A DNA stretch of 64,000 nt. It comes from Candidatus Poribacteria bacterium. Lineage in GTDB: Bacteria > Poribacteria > WGA-4E > PCPOR2b. Numbering within the stretch: position 1 is the stretch's first letter; each line of letters opens with the position of its first letter. The stretch is taken from assembly GCA_965198175.1 (NCBI GenBank), contig OZ240245.1:3648001-3712000 (forward strand), read 5' to 3'. The notes under the pieces were generated by a model, which saw only the letters and a program-made list of their open reading frames with translations, did no database searches and was not told the origin of the DNA. The translations under genes and the position numbers were made by a program. This document shows positions 49,359 to 60,947 of this stretch, in pieces.

Positions 49359-49879
49359 CTTCCGAGGACATTCGACGCGCTTTGACCAGAATCTCACACG
49401 AGATTCTGGAACACAATCATCGTGAAATTGCCGATCTCGCGCTGATTGGGATTAAGAGCCGAGGAGATTACTTGGCTCATCGCATCGCCAAAAACTTGGA
49501 AACTATCGAAAATATTAAAGTTCCTGTGGGTGTAGTCGACGTGCGTTTGTATCGAGACGACGTAAATCTCTATGAGGAAGAGATAAAGATTAACCGGACA
49601 GATATTCCCTTTAGCGTTGCAGGCAGATGTATTATTCTGGTTGATGAGGTTATCTACACAGGGCGCACCATACGTGCTGCGATGGATGCCGTCATGGATT
49701 TTGGACGTCCGGCGGCAATTCAGCTTGCTGTGCTCATAGATCGAGGACATCGCGAACTACCAATCTCTGCGAATTTTGTCGGCAAAAATATTCCGACATC
49801 GCGAAAGGAAATCGTGCGTGTCCAATTGGTAGAAGAGCATGGGTCGGATCGAGCAGCGATTTATGAGGGGGATGAATGA
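49334..49879 (+). CDS. pyrR: Pyrimidine operon attenuation protein / uracil phosphoribosyltransferase
   Basis: Motifs RALTRISHEILE, LYRDD, LVDEVIYTGRTIRAA, DRGHRELPI. Confidence 0.95.
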   Translation: MREKAQVMTSEDIRRALTRISHEILEHNHREIADLALIGIKSRGDYLAHRIAKNLETIENIKVPVGVVDVRLYRDDVNLYEEEIKINRTDIPFSVAGRCIILVDEVIYTGRTIRAAMDAVMDFGRPAAIQLAVLIDRGHRELPISANFVGKNIPTSRKEIVRVQLVEEHGSDRAAIYEGDE

Positions 49880-51165
49880 GTCGAATTCTCATCCGCAATG
49901 GACACATGGTTGATCCCGCCAACCAGATTGATTCGATTCAAGACCTTCTCATCTGTGATGGGAGAATCACTCAAATTGGGGAACAGATTGAGGTTGAAGC
50001 GCATAGAATCATAGATGCCAGAGGGTTGATTGTTGCGCCGGGTTTGATTGATATGCACGTCCATCTACGGGAACCTGGCTTTGAACACAAAGAAACCATC
50101 TCATCGGGCACCCACGCAGCGGCGGTGGGCGGATTTACATCGGTTGTCTGTATGGCGAATACTAAACCGGTTGCTGATTCCCCGAACGTAATTCGATTTA
50201 TCCAACTACAGGCAGAGCAAGATGGTGCCGCTAATGTGTTCCCAATCGGCAGCATCACGAAAAATCTCGCAGGCGACGAGGTGACTAATGTTCCAGCCCT
50301 GCTGGAAGCTGGAGCGGTTGCGTTATCCGATGATGGGAAAACCGTCATGAACTCCGCGCTAATGCAGAAGGCTTTAGCGTGGAGTGCGGAACTAGAATTT
50401 CCCGTCGCGGTTCACTGCGAAGAGCACAATCTGAATGAAGGAGCGGTGATGAACCTCGGTGAAACCTCGCGCAGACTGAATTTGCCCGGCAGCCCCAACG
50501 TAGCAGAGGACATCATCGCAGCCCGAGATATTATGCTTGCAGAGTTAACAGGGGGGCACCTTCACATTTTACACGTCAGCACCGCTGGAACTGTCGAACT
50601 GGTTCGTTCCGGAAAGCACAGGGGCATCCATGTGACAGCCGAAGCAACACCGCATCATTTCACTCTCACCGAATCTGCTGTCGAAGAACACGGTGCGAAC
50701 GCAAAAATGCATCCACCCTTGCGAACTCAGGCTGATGTTCATGCCGTGATTGAAGGACTAATTGATGGAACGCTTGATGCAATTGCTACTGATCATGCTC
50801 CTCACGCTCCGTTTGAGAAGGAACAAGGAATATACGACGCTCCTCCCGGCATCGTCGGTCTAGAAACCTGCGTGCCGCTTGTTTTCACTCAACTCATTGA
50901 TACGGGCAAGCTCACTCTATCGGAAGCGATTGCGAAGATGACGTGCGCCCCTGCGAATATTCTGCAAATCGACCGCGGTACACTCTCAATCGGCGCGGTC
51001 GCAGACGTAACGCTAATTGATCCAAAACGAGCTGTAAGAGTTGATCCGACACAATTTGTGTCCAAAAGCCGTAATACGCCCTTCAGCCATTGGGAGTTGA
51101 AGGGTTACCCGGTGATGACTATCCGCGATGGTATAGTGACGCATTCAACGATCAATACCTGCTGA
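49876..51165 (+). CDS. pyrC: Dihydroorotase
   Basis: Motifs DMHVHLREPG, HCEE, ATDHAPH, SKSRNTPF. Confidence 0.93.
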   Translation: MSRILIRNGHMVDPANQIDSIQDLLICDGRITQIGEQIEVEAHRIIDARGLIVAPGLIDMHVHLREPGFEHKETISSGTHAAAVGGFTSVVCMANTKPVADSPNVIRFIQLQAEQDGAANVFPIGSITKNLAGDEVTNVPALLEAGAVALSDDGKTVMNSALMQKALAWSAELEFPVAVHCEEHNLNEGAVMNLGETSRRLNLPGSPNVAEDIIAARDIMLAELTGGHLHILHVSTAGTVELVRSGKHRGIHVTAEATPHHFTLTESAVEEHGANAKMHPPLRTQADVHAVIEGLIDGTLDAIATDHAPHAPFEKEQGIYDAPPGIVGLETCVPLVFTQLIDTGKLTLSEAIAKMTCAPANILQIDRGTLSIGAVADVTLIDPKRAVRVDPTQFVSKSRNTPFSHWELKGYPVMTIRDGIVTHSTINTC

Positions 51166-51381
51166 AGTCCAAGAGATTCCGACAGATTCTCCTAGAAAAG
51201 GGCACAGCCCTCCGTCTACCTTATAAAGTGCAATCAAGAGAAGTAGATAGATTGAGGAATTGGGAATAGTGATTGTAAATTGTGCAACCTTCTGTGACGA
51301 TACCGGACTGTCCTTTTTGGTTCCTGTTAAGGCAACGACCTCTATGACAAGTAATTCCCCAGTTGAGGAGATTCAATCCCA

Positions 51382-52578
51382 ATGAGAGCAATTTTAGCAT
51401 TGGCCGACGGCACAATCTATGAAGGCGAACACTTCGGTGCGATTGGCGAGTCATCGGGTGAGGTTGTTTTTAATACCAGTATGACAGGCTACCAAGAAAT
51501 TCTCACCGATCCTTCTTATAAAGGGCAAATCGTCACAATGACATATCCGTTAATCGGAAATTACGGCTGTAATGATGTCGATGTCGAATCGGTTGTTCCA
51601 CAGGTCGAAGGGTTTATCGTTCGTGAATACAGTGCCCACTATAGTAACTGGCGTTCTCGATGTAGCCTCGGTACTTACCTCGAAGAACATGGAGTTATTG
51701 GTATCCATGGTGTCGATACCCGTGCTTTAACCAAAAGGCTAAGGGTCCACGGTGTTATGAATGGGGTACTTTCGACAGAAGATTATGACACTCAGCAACT
51801 TATTGCACAAGCACAAGCGTGGCAAGGGTTAATAGGTGTGGATCTAGTTCATCGAGTAACCTGCCCAAGCCCCTATTTGTGGGAGGACTCCAATTCCCAC
51901 CCAAATGCTTTCTCCGATTCAGATTTTTCAAAGTATCAAAGCAGTACGCAATTGACAAACAATTTTGATTCATCGTCAGTAGGAGTGGTACCTGAGCCAC
52001 AGTTTCGTGTCATCGCAATGGACTTCGGGATTAAATACAATATTTTACGCCAACTAACTCACCACGGTTGTCAAGTGCAAGTTGTCCCAGCCCATACCTC
52101 TGCTGAGGATATTCTTTCCGCTAACCCTAATGGAATCTTCTTATCAAACGGTCCCGGCGATCCAGATGCGGTTGACTATGCACTTGAGACAATCAAGAAA
52201 CTTATAGGTAGGAAGCCAATCTTCGGTATCTGTTTGGGCCATCAGCTATTGGGGCTTGCGTTCGGAGGAAAGAGATTCAAGCTCAAATTCGGACATCGAG
52301 GCGCAAATCAACCTGTCAAACGGCTTGAAACCAACACCGTGGAAATTACCGCCCAAAATCACGGTTTCTGTGTGGACATTGATTCACTGCCAAATACAGT
52401 TGAGATTACCCACGTCAATCTGAACGATCAAACCCTCGAAGGAATGCGGCATTCTGAACATCCTGTCTTGGCTGTACAATATCATCCGGAAGCTTCGCCC
52501 GGTCCTCACGATGCAAGCTATCTTTTCAAGCAATTTACAGACCTTATGAAAAGATACAGAAGAGAGATGAGGCATTAA
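51382..52578 (+). CDS. carA: Carbamoyl-phosphate synthase small subunit
   Basis: Motifs GEVVFNTSMTGYQE, LSNGPGDP, GICLGHQ, QYHPEA. Confidence 0.97.
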   Translation: MRAILALADGTIYEGEHFGAIGESSGEVVFNTSMTGYQEILTDPSYKGQIVTMTYPLIGNYGCNDVDVESVVPQVEGFIVREYSAHYSNWRSRCSLGTYLEEHGVIGIHGVDTRALTKRLRVHGVMNGVLSTEDYDTQQLIAQAQAWQGLIGVDLVHRVTCPSPYLWEDSNSHPNAFSDSDFSKYQSSTQLTNNFDSSSVGVVPEPQFRVIAMDFGIKYNILRQLTHHGCQVQVVPAHTSAEDILSANPNGIFLSNGPGDPDAVDYALETIKKLIGRKPIFGICLGHQLLGLAFGGKRFKLKFGHRGANQPVKRLETNTVEITAQNHGFCVDIDSLPNTVEITHVNLNDQTLEGMRHSEHPVLAVQYHPEASPGPHDASYLFKQFTDLMKRYRREMRH

Positions 52579-52626
52579 AGGAACTAACACGAATCTAGTT
52601 CCTAGTGCCTGACACGTGCGCAGATT

Positions 52627-55600
52627 ATGCCGAAGCGAACTGACATTGAGAAAATTTTAATCATCGGCTCCGGCCCCATCATCATCGGTCAGGCTTGTGA
52701 ATTTGATTATTCCGGGGCACAAGCGTGCAAAGCCCTGCAAGAGGAGGGGTTTGAGATTGTTCTAGTTAATAGTAATCCGGCGACCATCATGACAGACCCT
52801 GAATTTGCAAATCGAACTTATGTCGAGCCGATTACGGCGGACGTGGTCGAACGAATTATCGCTAGGGAACGTCCCCATGCCTTGCTGCCAACCTTGGGAG
52901 GACAAACCGGACTAAATGTCTCCGTTGAACTTGCAGAAGCTGGCGTGCTAGACAGATATAATATCGAACTGATTGGTGCGAAACTTGACGCGATAAAAAA
53001 GGCAGAAGATCGCGCACTCTTCAAAAAGTCAATGCAGCAAATCGGGTTATCGGTGCCAAATAGTGGAGTCGTGCACTCCGTCGAAGATGCTGCAACGATT
53101 GTCTCCATGATTGGCTACCCCGCAATCATCCGCCCCGCATTCACACTTGGTGGTACTGGTGGGGGAATTGCATATAACATCGAAGAGTTCAAAGAGATGG
53201 TCGAACATGGCTTGGCGTTGAGCCCGGTCAATGAGGTGTTAATCGAGGAGTCCGTTATCGGTTGGAAAGAGTTTGAACTAGAGGTGATGCGTGATCACAC
53301 AGACAATGTCGTGATTATCTGCTCGATTGAAAATGTGGACCCAATGGGCATCCATACTGGCGATAGCATCACGGTCGCGCCTGTTCAAACGTTGACAGAC
53401 AAAGAATATCAGCAGATGCGAGATGCAGCAATCAAGATTATTCGCGAAATTGGTGTTGATACAGGCGGTTCAAACGTTCAATTTGCTGTGCACCCGCAGA
53501 CAGGGGAACAGGTCGTCATCGAAATGAATCCACGCGTTTCGAGGAGTTCTGCGCTTGCGTCCAAAGCCACAGGATTCCCAATCGCCAAGATTGCGGCAAA
53601 GCTGGCAGTTGGCTATACGCTTGATGAAATCCCCAACGACATCACTCGCCAAACGCCCGCTTCCTTTGAACCCACAATCGACTACGTTGTCGTCAAAATC
53701 CCGCGTTGGGCATTTGAGAAATTTCCAGATGCCGATGTAACCCTGACCACCCAGATGAAGTCGGTTGGGGAAGCTATGGCGATCGGGCGGACTTTCAAGG
53801 AAGCGTTGCAGAAAGGCTTGCGATCGCTGGAAACAGGGTGGTATGGACTCGACAATCAGCAAGTCCGAAATCTACCTCTTGCTGAACTGCCTGAGAAACT
53901 GACTTTTCCGAACGTTGAGCGACTTTTTTATATCAAACAAGCTTTCCAAGCTAGTATGAGTGTAGATCAGGTATATGGCTATACAAAAATCGATCCCTTT
54001 TTTCTATATAACATTAAAGAGATAGTTGACTTTGAAACGCACCTGGAGAAACAGGGAAGAGAGGAACTGAAAAAATGGGGATCGGACACATTGACGAACC
54101 CATTGACACATGAATTCATTTCCCTGCTTAGTAAGTCGAAACAGTATGGATTTTCAGATCGCCAGATTGCTGAACTGTGGGATGTTTCTGAATCATATGT
54201 CAGGTTTTTACGGAAGGAAGCGGGAATTGAAGCGACTTTTAAAACGGTTGACACATGCGCCGCTGAATTTGAGGCGATAACTCCTTACTACTATTCAACT
54301 TACAGCAGTGAAGATGAAGTGCGCCCGAGTTCCAAAAGAAAGGTAATCATTTTGGGAGGTGGTCCAAATCGGATTGGTCAGGGAATTGAGTTTGACTATT
54401 GCTGCGTTCACGCAGCGATGGCGCTTAAGCAAGATGGTATTGAAACGATTATGGTCAACAGTAATCCTGAAACAGTTAGTACGGATTATGATACCTCGGA
54501 TCGCCTCTATTTTGAGCCGCTCACACTCGAAGATGTTTTGAACATTATCGATCGTGAGCAGCCCGATGGAGTGATCGTTCAGTTTGGCGGGCAAACGCCC
54601 TTGAATCTTGCGCTTGCACTCAAAGACGCAGGTGTACCTATTATCGGAACCAGTCCTGATGACATTGCGCGGTCGGAAGATCGGAAATTGTTCAAAGCGG
54701 TGTTGGATGAAATCGGTCTGGTGCAACCTCCAAATGGAACTGCAACCTCGATTGAGGAAGCAAAGCCTATCGCCGCGTCGATCGGGTATCCCGTCATTGT
54801 TCGTCCCTCGTATGTGCTGGGCGGACGGGCAATGCAAATTGTTTACGACCAAACCCTTTTAGAGGAATACATGGACTCCGCAGTTGCCGCTTCACCAGAA
54901 CATCCGGTACTGATTGACAAATATCTGGAAGATGCGATTGAGGTGGATGTCGATGCGATTTCTGACGGCAGTATGACCCTCGTCGGAGGTATCATGGAGC
55001 ACATTGAGGAAGCTGGCATCCATTCTGGAGACAGCGACTGTGTGCTACCACCCTACACACTTGTTGAGGAACAACTTGAAGAACTCAAGAGGTATACGTA
55101 CGCACTTGCTAAGGCGCTCAACGTTCGGGGACTGATGAACGTTCAGTATGCGATTAGGAACAACGAGATTTATGTATTGGAAGTCAACCCGCGTGCCTCG
55201 CGGACCATACCGTTTGTCAGTAAAGCAATCGGGGTTCCGCTGGCAAAACATGCCGCGCGGCTCATGGCAGGTAAAACCCTTGAAGAACTCGGTTTCACCA
55301 AAGAGATTGAAAGGAATTATTTCTGCGTGAAAGCACCCGTTTTTCCATTCAATCGCTTTCCAGGGGCAAATTCACAACTCGGTCCTGAGATGAAGTCGAC
55401 AGGCGAGGTCATGGGAATTGATGAGAATCTTGCTCAAGCCTTCGCCAAAGCGCAAAAGGCATGCGGCTACACTTTGCCCGTTAATGGAAGTGCCTTTATT
55501 AGCGTCAAAAACAAAGATAAGCGCGCCATAATTTTTATCGCCAAGAAACTCTCCGACTTCGGATTTCAACTAATAGCAACTCACGGAACAGCGAAAGTAC

Positions 55601-55890
55601 TGCGTAGAAATGGGCTGGAGATTACATTGGTCCACAGTATTGGAAAGGGACGCCCAACAATTCACGACTATGTTAAAAATCATGCTGTGGATCTCATTAT
55701 CAATACTCCAACGGGATATGAACACCATCCCGCTGAACAACTGATTCGGAAAATGACAATTGATTATGGCATTCCACTCTTTTCAACCATTTCTGGTGCA
55801 GCTGCAGCCATCAACGCAATTGAAGCTCTTCGTCGTGAAGAGTTGACTGTTACTCCGCTTCAGGATTATTATCAAAATCAGTTAGGCTAG
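52627..55890 (+). CDS. carB: Carbamoyl-phosphate synthase large subunit
   Basis: [28 protein letters not shown]; duplicated ATP-grasp halves; C-terminal MGS domain. Confidence 0.98.
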   Translation: MPKRTDIEKILIIGSGPIIIGQACEFDYSGAQACKALQEEGFEIVLVNSNPATIMTDPEFANRTYVEPITADVVERIIARERPHALLPTLGGQTGLNVSVELAEAGVLDRYNIELIGAKLDAIKKAEDRALFKKSMQQIGLSVPNSGVVHSVEDAATIVSMIGYPAIIRPAFTLGGTGGGIAYNIEEFKEMVEHGLALSPVNEVLIEESVIGWKEFELEVMRDHTDNVVIICSIENVDPMGIHTGDSITVAPVQTLTDKEYQQMRDAAIKIIREIGVDTGGSNVQFAVHPQTGEQVVIEMNPRVSRSSALASKATGFPIAKIAAKLAVGYTLDEIPNDITRQTPASFEPTIDYVVVKIPRWAFEKFPDADVTLTTQMKSVGEAMAIGRTFKEALQKGLRSLETGWYGLDNQQVRNLPLAELPEKLTFPNVERLFYIKQAFQASMSVDQVYGYTKIDPFFLYNIKEIVDFETHLEKQGREELKKWGSDTLTNPLTHEFISLLSKSKQYGFSDRQIAELWDVSESYVRFLRKEAGIEATFKTVDTCAAEFEAITPYYYSTYSSEDEVRPSSKRKVIILGGGPNRIGQGIEFDYCCVHAAMALKQDGIETIMVNSNPETVSTDYDTSDRLYFEPLTLEDVLNIIDREQPDGVIVQFGGQTPLNLALALKDAGVPIIGTSPDDIARSEDRKLFKAVLDEIGLVQPPNGTATSIEEAKPIAASIGYPVIVRPSYVLGGRAMQIVYDQTLLEEYMDSAVAASPEHPVLIDKYLEDAIEVDVDAISDGSMTLVGGIMEHIEEAGIHSGDSDCVLPPYTLVEEQLEELKRYTYALAKALNVRGLMNVQYAIRNNEIYVLEVNPRASRTIPFVSKAIGVPLAKHAARLMAGKTLEELGFTKEIERNYFCVKAPVFPFNRFPGANSQLGPEMKSTGEVMGIDENLAQAFAKAQKACGYTLPVNGSAFISVKNKDKRAIIFIAKKLSDFGFQLIATHGTAKVLRRNGLEITLVHSIGKGRPTIHDYVKNHAVDLIINTPTGYEHHPAEQLIRKMTIDYGIPLFSTISGAAAAINAIEALRREELTVTPLQDYYQNQLG

Positions 55891-56257
55891 GACATAATGA
55901 CATCAACTTGATCTTCGTTTTCTTGCTACGTTTTCTGTTTTACTGATTAGTACAGGAGGCTAGTGTTTTCGTATCGTCTGCTAACTGATAGTAAGCATAA
56001 GTGTCAATTGATGACTTGATAGCAATACATGCCTAGTTCAGTTACCGGACAGGTTTCGGATAGACTGCGGCGTTCGATGTGACCCAACCTATCAATCGGC
56101 AATGCGTGTAATTAATCTCCTATAGAGGCGAAACATGCAAATCAAAACGGAGCTAATGCCCATCGGGCTTCTCCGCACCGGTGCGGAAAGAAGTTTGTCA
56201 AGACCGCTCTGCTAGTATGATGTTTGTTAGTAGTCACATAACCAAAATAATAAAGAG

Positions 56258-57706
56258 GTGATGATGAGAGATCGAAAAATGGAATCCTATTCTGACGACT
56301 GGAGAAAACGGGAAGAAGCGGCTGAAGCAATGATTCCTCTGATTGGAAACCTTTATCGGAATCACGGCGTGGTTACTACGGTCTACGGTCATTCACTGGT
56401 TCATGGCTCCACAATTGATATTCTAAAGGCTCATCGTTTTACTCGTCAAATTGTAAAAGATGAGCTTTCTGTCTTCACAAGCTTACGCATTCTTCAAGCG
56501 TTGAACGAGCTTAACCTATCACCAGCTCGGATTGACATTGGTAAGTTGACTACAAGGTATCTGCGTAGTGGAACAGGCACGACCTTAAACGCCTTTATCG
56601 GAAATGAACTAGCGGAAATTAACGGCGGTAAAAATACGTGCTTGTTTGAACCGCAAGATGTTGTCCTCTATGGCTTTGGACGAATCGGTCGAACGCTGGC
56701 TCGGATTCTCATTGAAAGAAGTGGCGGAGGCGCTAATTGGAGATTGCGCGCTGTCGTAGTGCGTAACGAGATTAGAGGAGATCTTCTAAAACGAGCTAGC
56801 CTACTACGACGCGACTCCGTCCATGGTCAGTTCAAAGGGACCATCATTGTCAACGAGGCAGAAAACGCTTTCATTGCCAACGGCAACATGATACGTCTCC
56901 TTTACGCAGACACGCCAGAACATACCCACTACAGCGAGTACGGCATCCACAATGCGATTGTCCTTGATAACACGGGTGCTTGGCGGGATAGAAGTGGGCT
57001 CGAGCGACACCTCAAAGCTGAAGGCGTCGCAAAAATCATCCTTACCGCACCGGGCAAGGGAGATATCCCCAATATTGTTTACGGCGTGAACAACCATGCC
57101 ATTATAGCGGGTGAGAAGATTGTCTCCGCGGCTAGCTGTACTACTAATGCAATTGTGCCCGTGCTGAAGGTGATGCACGATCGCTTCCAAATTGAAGAAG
57201 GTCACATAGAAACTTGTCATTCATACACCAATGACCAAAATCTGATTGATAATTACCACATAAAGAGTCGGAGAGGCCGGGGTGCACCGCTGAACATGGT
57301 AATTACAGAAACAGGTGCCGCTGAAGCGGTAGGCAAAGTGCTGCCGGAATTGGCAGGCAAGCTAACAGCTAATGCGATTCGAGTTCCAACGCCGAATGTA
57401 TCACTCGCGATACTACATCTGACGCTAAACAAGGCGAGTACGGTAAAAGAAGTAAACAACTATCTGCGCGGCATTTCGCTCGACTCGCCGTTGCAAGGAC
57501 AGATTGACTACACCAGTTCCCCGGATGCAGTTTCCAGCGACTTCACAGGGACTTTGAAAACAGGGATAGTTGACTCGTTAGCAACCATAGTGTCTGGGCA
57601 TCGGTGTGTGCTGTACGTGTGGTATGACAACGAATTTGGTTACAGCCACCAGGTAGTTCGCATTCTTCAGAATATTGCAGGTTTGGAACTTCCCGCTTTT
57701 CCTTGA
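56258..57706 (+). CDS. gap: Glyceraldehyde-3-phosphate dehydrogenase, long form with N-terminal extension
   Basis: Motifs YGFGRIGR, SAASCTTN, WYDNEFGYS; ~130-aa N-terminal extension. Confidence 0.9.
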   Translation: MMMRDRKMESYSDDWRKREEAAEAMIPLIGNLYRNHGVVTTVYGHSLVHGSTIDILKAHRFTRQIVKDELSVFTSLRILQALNELNLSPARIDIGKLTTRYLRSGTGTTLNAFIGNELAEINGGKNTCLFEPQDVVLYGFGRIGRTLARILIERSGGGANWRLRAVVVRNEIRGDLLKRASLLRRDSVHGQFKGTIIVNEAENAFIANGNMIRLLYADTPEHTHYSEYGIHNAIVLDNTGAWRDRSGLERHLKAEGVAKIILTAPGKGDIPNIVYGVNNHAIIAGEKIVSAASCTTNAIVPVLKVMHDRFQIEEGHIETCHSYTNDQNLIDNYHIKSRRGRGAPLNMVITETGAAEAVGKVLPELAGKLTANAIRVPTPNVSLAILHLTLNKASTVKEVNNYLRGISLDSPLQGQIDYTSSPDAVSSDFTGTLKTGIVDSLATIVSGHRCVLYVWYDNEFGYSHQVVRILQNIAGLELPAFP

Positions 57707-57761
57707 TAACCCTTTCAATCTCGAAAATCGCGCATTGAACGTTGATTAAGGGTCTCACTGT

Positions 57762-57848
57762 ACCCTCCCCGCAATCCCTCTTGGTAAGGAGGAGGACTAG
57801 GCTGTAAAGAATCATTCCCCTCCTTACTAAGGAGGGGTTAGGGGAGGT
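57762..57848. repeat. CCCCTCCTT/AAGGAGGGG-type palindromic repeat element
   Basis: CCCCTCCTT-ACT-AAGGAGGGG hairpin with flanking CCCTCCCC / GGGGAGG arms. Confidence 0.65.
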
Positions 57849-57876
57849 TCATAACACGTAGCCACGATCAAAGGAG

Positions 57877-57946
57877 ATCGACCGAGCAGATAGCAAGGGC
57901 GACAGTTTTCTGAAGACTATCGCCTTCCCTATTAGGTCAGTTGATC
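57877..57946. repeat. Head-to-head pair of the ~38-nt CTATCGC...GTTGATC module
   Basis: Same module as 25688-725, 30827-63, 31861-98 and 31983-32020. Confidence 0.55.
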
Positions 57947-57956
57947 CTCATGCATA

Positions 57957-59315
57957 ATGAAAAAAGCGACTTCAGTGCGCCAACTTGCGTTGGACTGTCT
58001 GATTCAATTGGAAGAAGGCAGCACAACTATTGCTCCTCTAATTAATCAGGCGATTCAGCGAAGTCATTTGCATACTATAGATCGTGGATTGCTTAACGAA
58101 CTCGTTTATGGAGTGGTCCGGTGGAGAAAGCAACTTGATTGGATTCTCCGCCATTTTGTGGATGGTCGCTTTCGTTTGGATTTGAGGAGCCGCAACCTTT
58201 TGCGGTTAGGGGTATATCAATTGCTTCACCTCGATAAAATTCCTTCACATGCCGCTATCTACGAAACAGTCGAACTGGCAAAACCAAAACGGAAGAGGGC
58301 GCGTTTTATCAATGCCGTTCTGCGTTCAGTTCAGCGAGATGGTGATAGCCTTCAGTATTCACCTCTAGAATCCGATCCTCTCCAGCATATCTCGATTTCA
58401 CTTTCCTACCCGTTGTGGTTGGTGAAACGCTGGATGATGCACTACGGAGTTCAGTGGACGCACGCGTTCTGTCGTGCAAGTAATCAGGTCGCACCACTCT
58501 CCATCCGTGTCAATTCCTTGAAAACCAATCGAGATGAGTTAATCGAATTGCTTACGGCGGATAGCGCTTCAGTAAAGGCAAGCCAATTAACGCCCGACGG
58601 TTTGTTGCTTGCGGATTCACCTTCCATCCAGTCATTGCAAGCTTACCAAAATGGCTGGTTCTACGTACAAGATGAAAGTGCGATGTTAGTAGCGCACTTG
58701 CTTCGTCCCCAACCGGGGAAAAAGGTTGTAGATCTCTGTGCGGCGCCCGGTGGGAAGACGAGCCATATCGCGCAACTCATGGGAAACACAGGCCAGATTA
58801 TTGCTGTGGATGTTTCACAAAACAGGGTTCGACGCGTTGAGGAGAACTGCCAACGCCTCGGTATAACAACTGTCCAAGTGCAAGTCGCGGATGCTGCCAA
58901 CTCCCCACTCGACTTCCTGAAGGACGTGGATTACTTCCTCGTTGATGCGCCCTGTTCAGGATTAGGAGCGCTGCGGCGCCATCCGGATATACGCTGGAAC
59001 AAAACCCCTGAACAGATTAACGAACTTGCTCAACTACAGTTTAACCTTTTGCAAAACGCGGCGCGAAAGGTTAAACCAGGCGGTGTTCTGGTTTATAGTA
59101 CATGCAGCACCGAATCGGAAGAGAACGAGATGGTTATTCAACGTTTCCTCAAGACCCATCCGCACTTTGTCGTCGAAAACGCAGGAGAATTCCTACCCGC
59201 TATGTCTCCTCGCGCAATCACTCCTGAAGGATTTCTACAAACCTTTCCGCATGAACACGGCATTGATGGCACTTTCGCAGCGCGTCTAAGAGTCAGGCGG
59301 ACAATTAAATCATAA
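57957..59315 (+). CDS. rsmB: 16S rRNA m5C967 methyltransferase
   Basis: NusB-like N-terminus; motifs VQDESA, DLCAAPGGKT, DAPCSGLG, YSTCS. Confidence 0.93.
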   Translation: MKKATSVRQLALDCLIQLEEGSTTIAPLINQAIQRSHLHTIDRGLLNELVYGVVRWRKQLDWILRHFVDGRFRLDLRSRNLLRLGVYQLLHLDKIPSHAAIYETVELAKPKRKRARFINAVLRSVQRDGDSLQYSPLESDPLQHISISLSYPLWLVKRWMMHYGVQWTHAFCRASNQVAPLSIRVNSLKTNRDELIELLTADSASVKASQLTPDGLLLADSPSIQSLQAYQNGWFYVQDESAMLVAHLLRPQPGKKVVDLCAAPGGKTSHIAQLMGNTGQIIAVDVSQNRVRRVEENCQRLGITTVQVQVADAANSPLDFLKDVDYFLVDAPCSGLGALRRHPDIRWNKTPEQINELAQLQFNLLQNAARKVKPGGVLVYSTCSTESEENEMVIQRFLKTHPHFVVENAGEFLPAMSPRAITPEGFLQTFPHEHGIDGTFAARLRVRRTIKS

Positions 59316-59348
59316 GAAGTAAACCGCGGTGTCCCGAACGCGATTCTT

Positions 59349-60902
59349 ATGGATTTTACTATGGCACACCCTCTTCTCGAAATGCAATCCATAACAAAAG
59401 AATTCCCGGGTGTCCGAGCGCTTGATGACGTTTCATTTGATGTGCGGCACGGAGAAATCCACGCGCTCTGCGGTGAGAACGGTGCAGGCAAATCAACTCT
59501 GATTAAAATCCTTGGTGGTGCTTACCCTCATGGCGCTTACACGGGTAAGATAAGCATAAATGGTCGTCCTCATCATTTCAGCACTGTCTGCGATGCAGAA
59601 AATGCCGGTGTTGCGATAATCCATCAAGAGCTAGCATTGGTTCCAGAGATGACAGTCGGCGAAAATATCTATTTGGGTCAGGAGCCCAAGCGGTTTGGGT
59701 TCATCAACTGGAATCAATTGTATCATCAGGCAGTGTATCTGCTAGCAGATTTTGAACTTTCTCTTCAGCCTCAAACCCTAGTGAATCAATTGGGGATCGG
59801 CGGGCAACAATTGGTGGCAATCGCCAAAGCCCTGTCTCGTGAAGCACGTCTCCTTGTACTTGATGAGCCGACTGCCGCGCTGACTGAAAGTGAAATAGAA
59901 AACCTGATGCGCATCCTTCGTCAACTGCGCGAGAAAGGTGTCTCTTGTATTTACATCACGCATAAGCTCAAGGAAATTTTCGAGATAGCGAATCGTGTAA
60001 CCGTCCTGCGTGACGGTAAAACAGTAGGTACTATTCCGATGAAGGAGTGCAATGAAGGTGAACTGATTACACGGATGGTTGGGCGTGAATTGAGGGATTT
60101 CTACCCGAAAAGCGAAAAGCAAATCGGAGGAGTCGCTTTACAAGTGCGAAAGCTCAATGCCGATTATCCGGACAGACCCAATCAGCAATTCCTCAGAGAC
60201 ATAAACTTTACGGTGCGCTTCGGGGAAATTATCGGAATCGCAGGACTGATGGGATCCGGGCGGACAGAGCTACTAACTGCCATTTTTGGTGCCTATTCGG
60301 GCAAGTGCACAGGTGAAATCGTCGTCGATGGCGTTCAGGTTTTGATCGACTCTCCTCACGACGCGATTAGTCACGGGATAGGTCTTGTCAGCGAGGATCG
60401 CAAGCGGTACGGATTAATCCTTGACACAGACGTTCCCTCGAACATGACGCTCGCTAGCCTTGATGCCCTCTTTAAGGAACCGGGGAAACGGCTTGCGCCT
60501 TGTGGGATCATCAATCGGAACGAAGAGTTTCGCCAAAGCAATCACTATGTTGAATCTCTGCAGATTAAGGCTACCTCGCTTGATGCACCTGTCAACCATC
60601 TTAGCGGCGGCAATCAACAGAAGGTAGTTTTGGGTAAATGCTTGATGACCCAGCCGAGGATTCTTCTCCTTGACGAGCCTACACGTGGCATTGATGTGGG
60701 TGCCAAAGCGGAGATTCACAGGTTGATTGCTCAACTTGCCCGTAAAGGTGTTGCAATCGTAATGGTCTCATCCGAACTCCCCGAAATCTTGCACATGAGC
60801 GATCGCATCCTTGTTTTGCATGAAGGGGAAATTACGGGGGAATTTGTTAATGACAATACTACTCAAGCGGAGATTTTAAGGTGCGCTGCAGGCGAACGGT
60901 AA
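59349..60902 (+). CDS. Sugar ABC transporter ATP-binding protein (XylG/RbsA-like)
   Basis: GENGAGKST, tandem NBDs, LSGGNQQK, DEPTRGIDVGAK. Confidence 0.92.
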   Translation: MDFTMAHPLLEMQSITKEFPGVRALDDVSFDVRHGEIHALCGENGAGKSTLIKILGGAYPHGAYTGKISINGRPHHFSTVCDAENAGVAIIHQELALVPEMTVGENIYLGQEPKRFGFINWNQLYHQAVYLLADFELSLQPQTLVNQLGIGGQQLVAIAKALSREARLLVLDEPTAALTESEIENLMRILRQLREKGVSCIYITHKLKEIFEIANRVTVLRDGKTVGTIPMKECNEGELITRMVGRELRDFYPKSEKQIGGVALQVRKLNADYPDRPNQQFLRDINFTVRFGEIIGIAGLMGSGRTELLTAIFGAYSGKCTGEIVVDGVQVLIDSPHDAISHGIGLVSEDRKRYGLILDTDVPSNMTLASLDALFKEPGKRLAPCGIINRNEEFRQSNHYVESLQIKATSLDAPVNHLSGGNQQKVVLGKCLMTQPRILLLDEPTRGIDVGAKAEIHRLIAQLARKGVAIVMVSSELPEILHMSDRILVLHEGEITGEFVNDNTTQAEILRCAAGER

Positions 60903-60947
60903 ATGTGTAACTATTGTAATGGAAGTCAAACTTAACGGAGAATTGCT

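Noticed and set aside
51166..51381. Second PyrR site between pyrC and carA
   Set aside because: AAGTCCAAGAGATT lacks the GAGG core, and no terminator follows.
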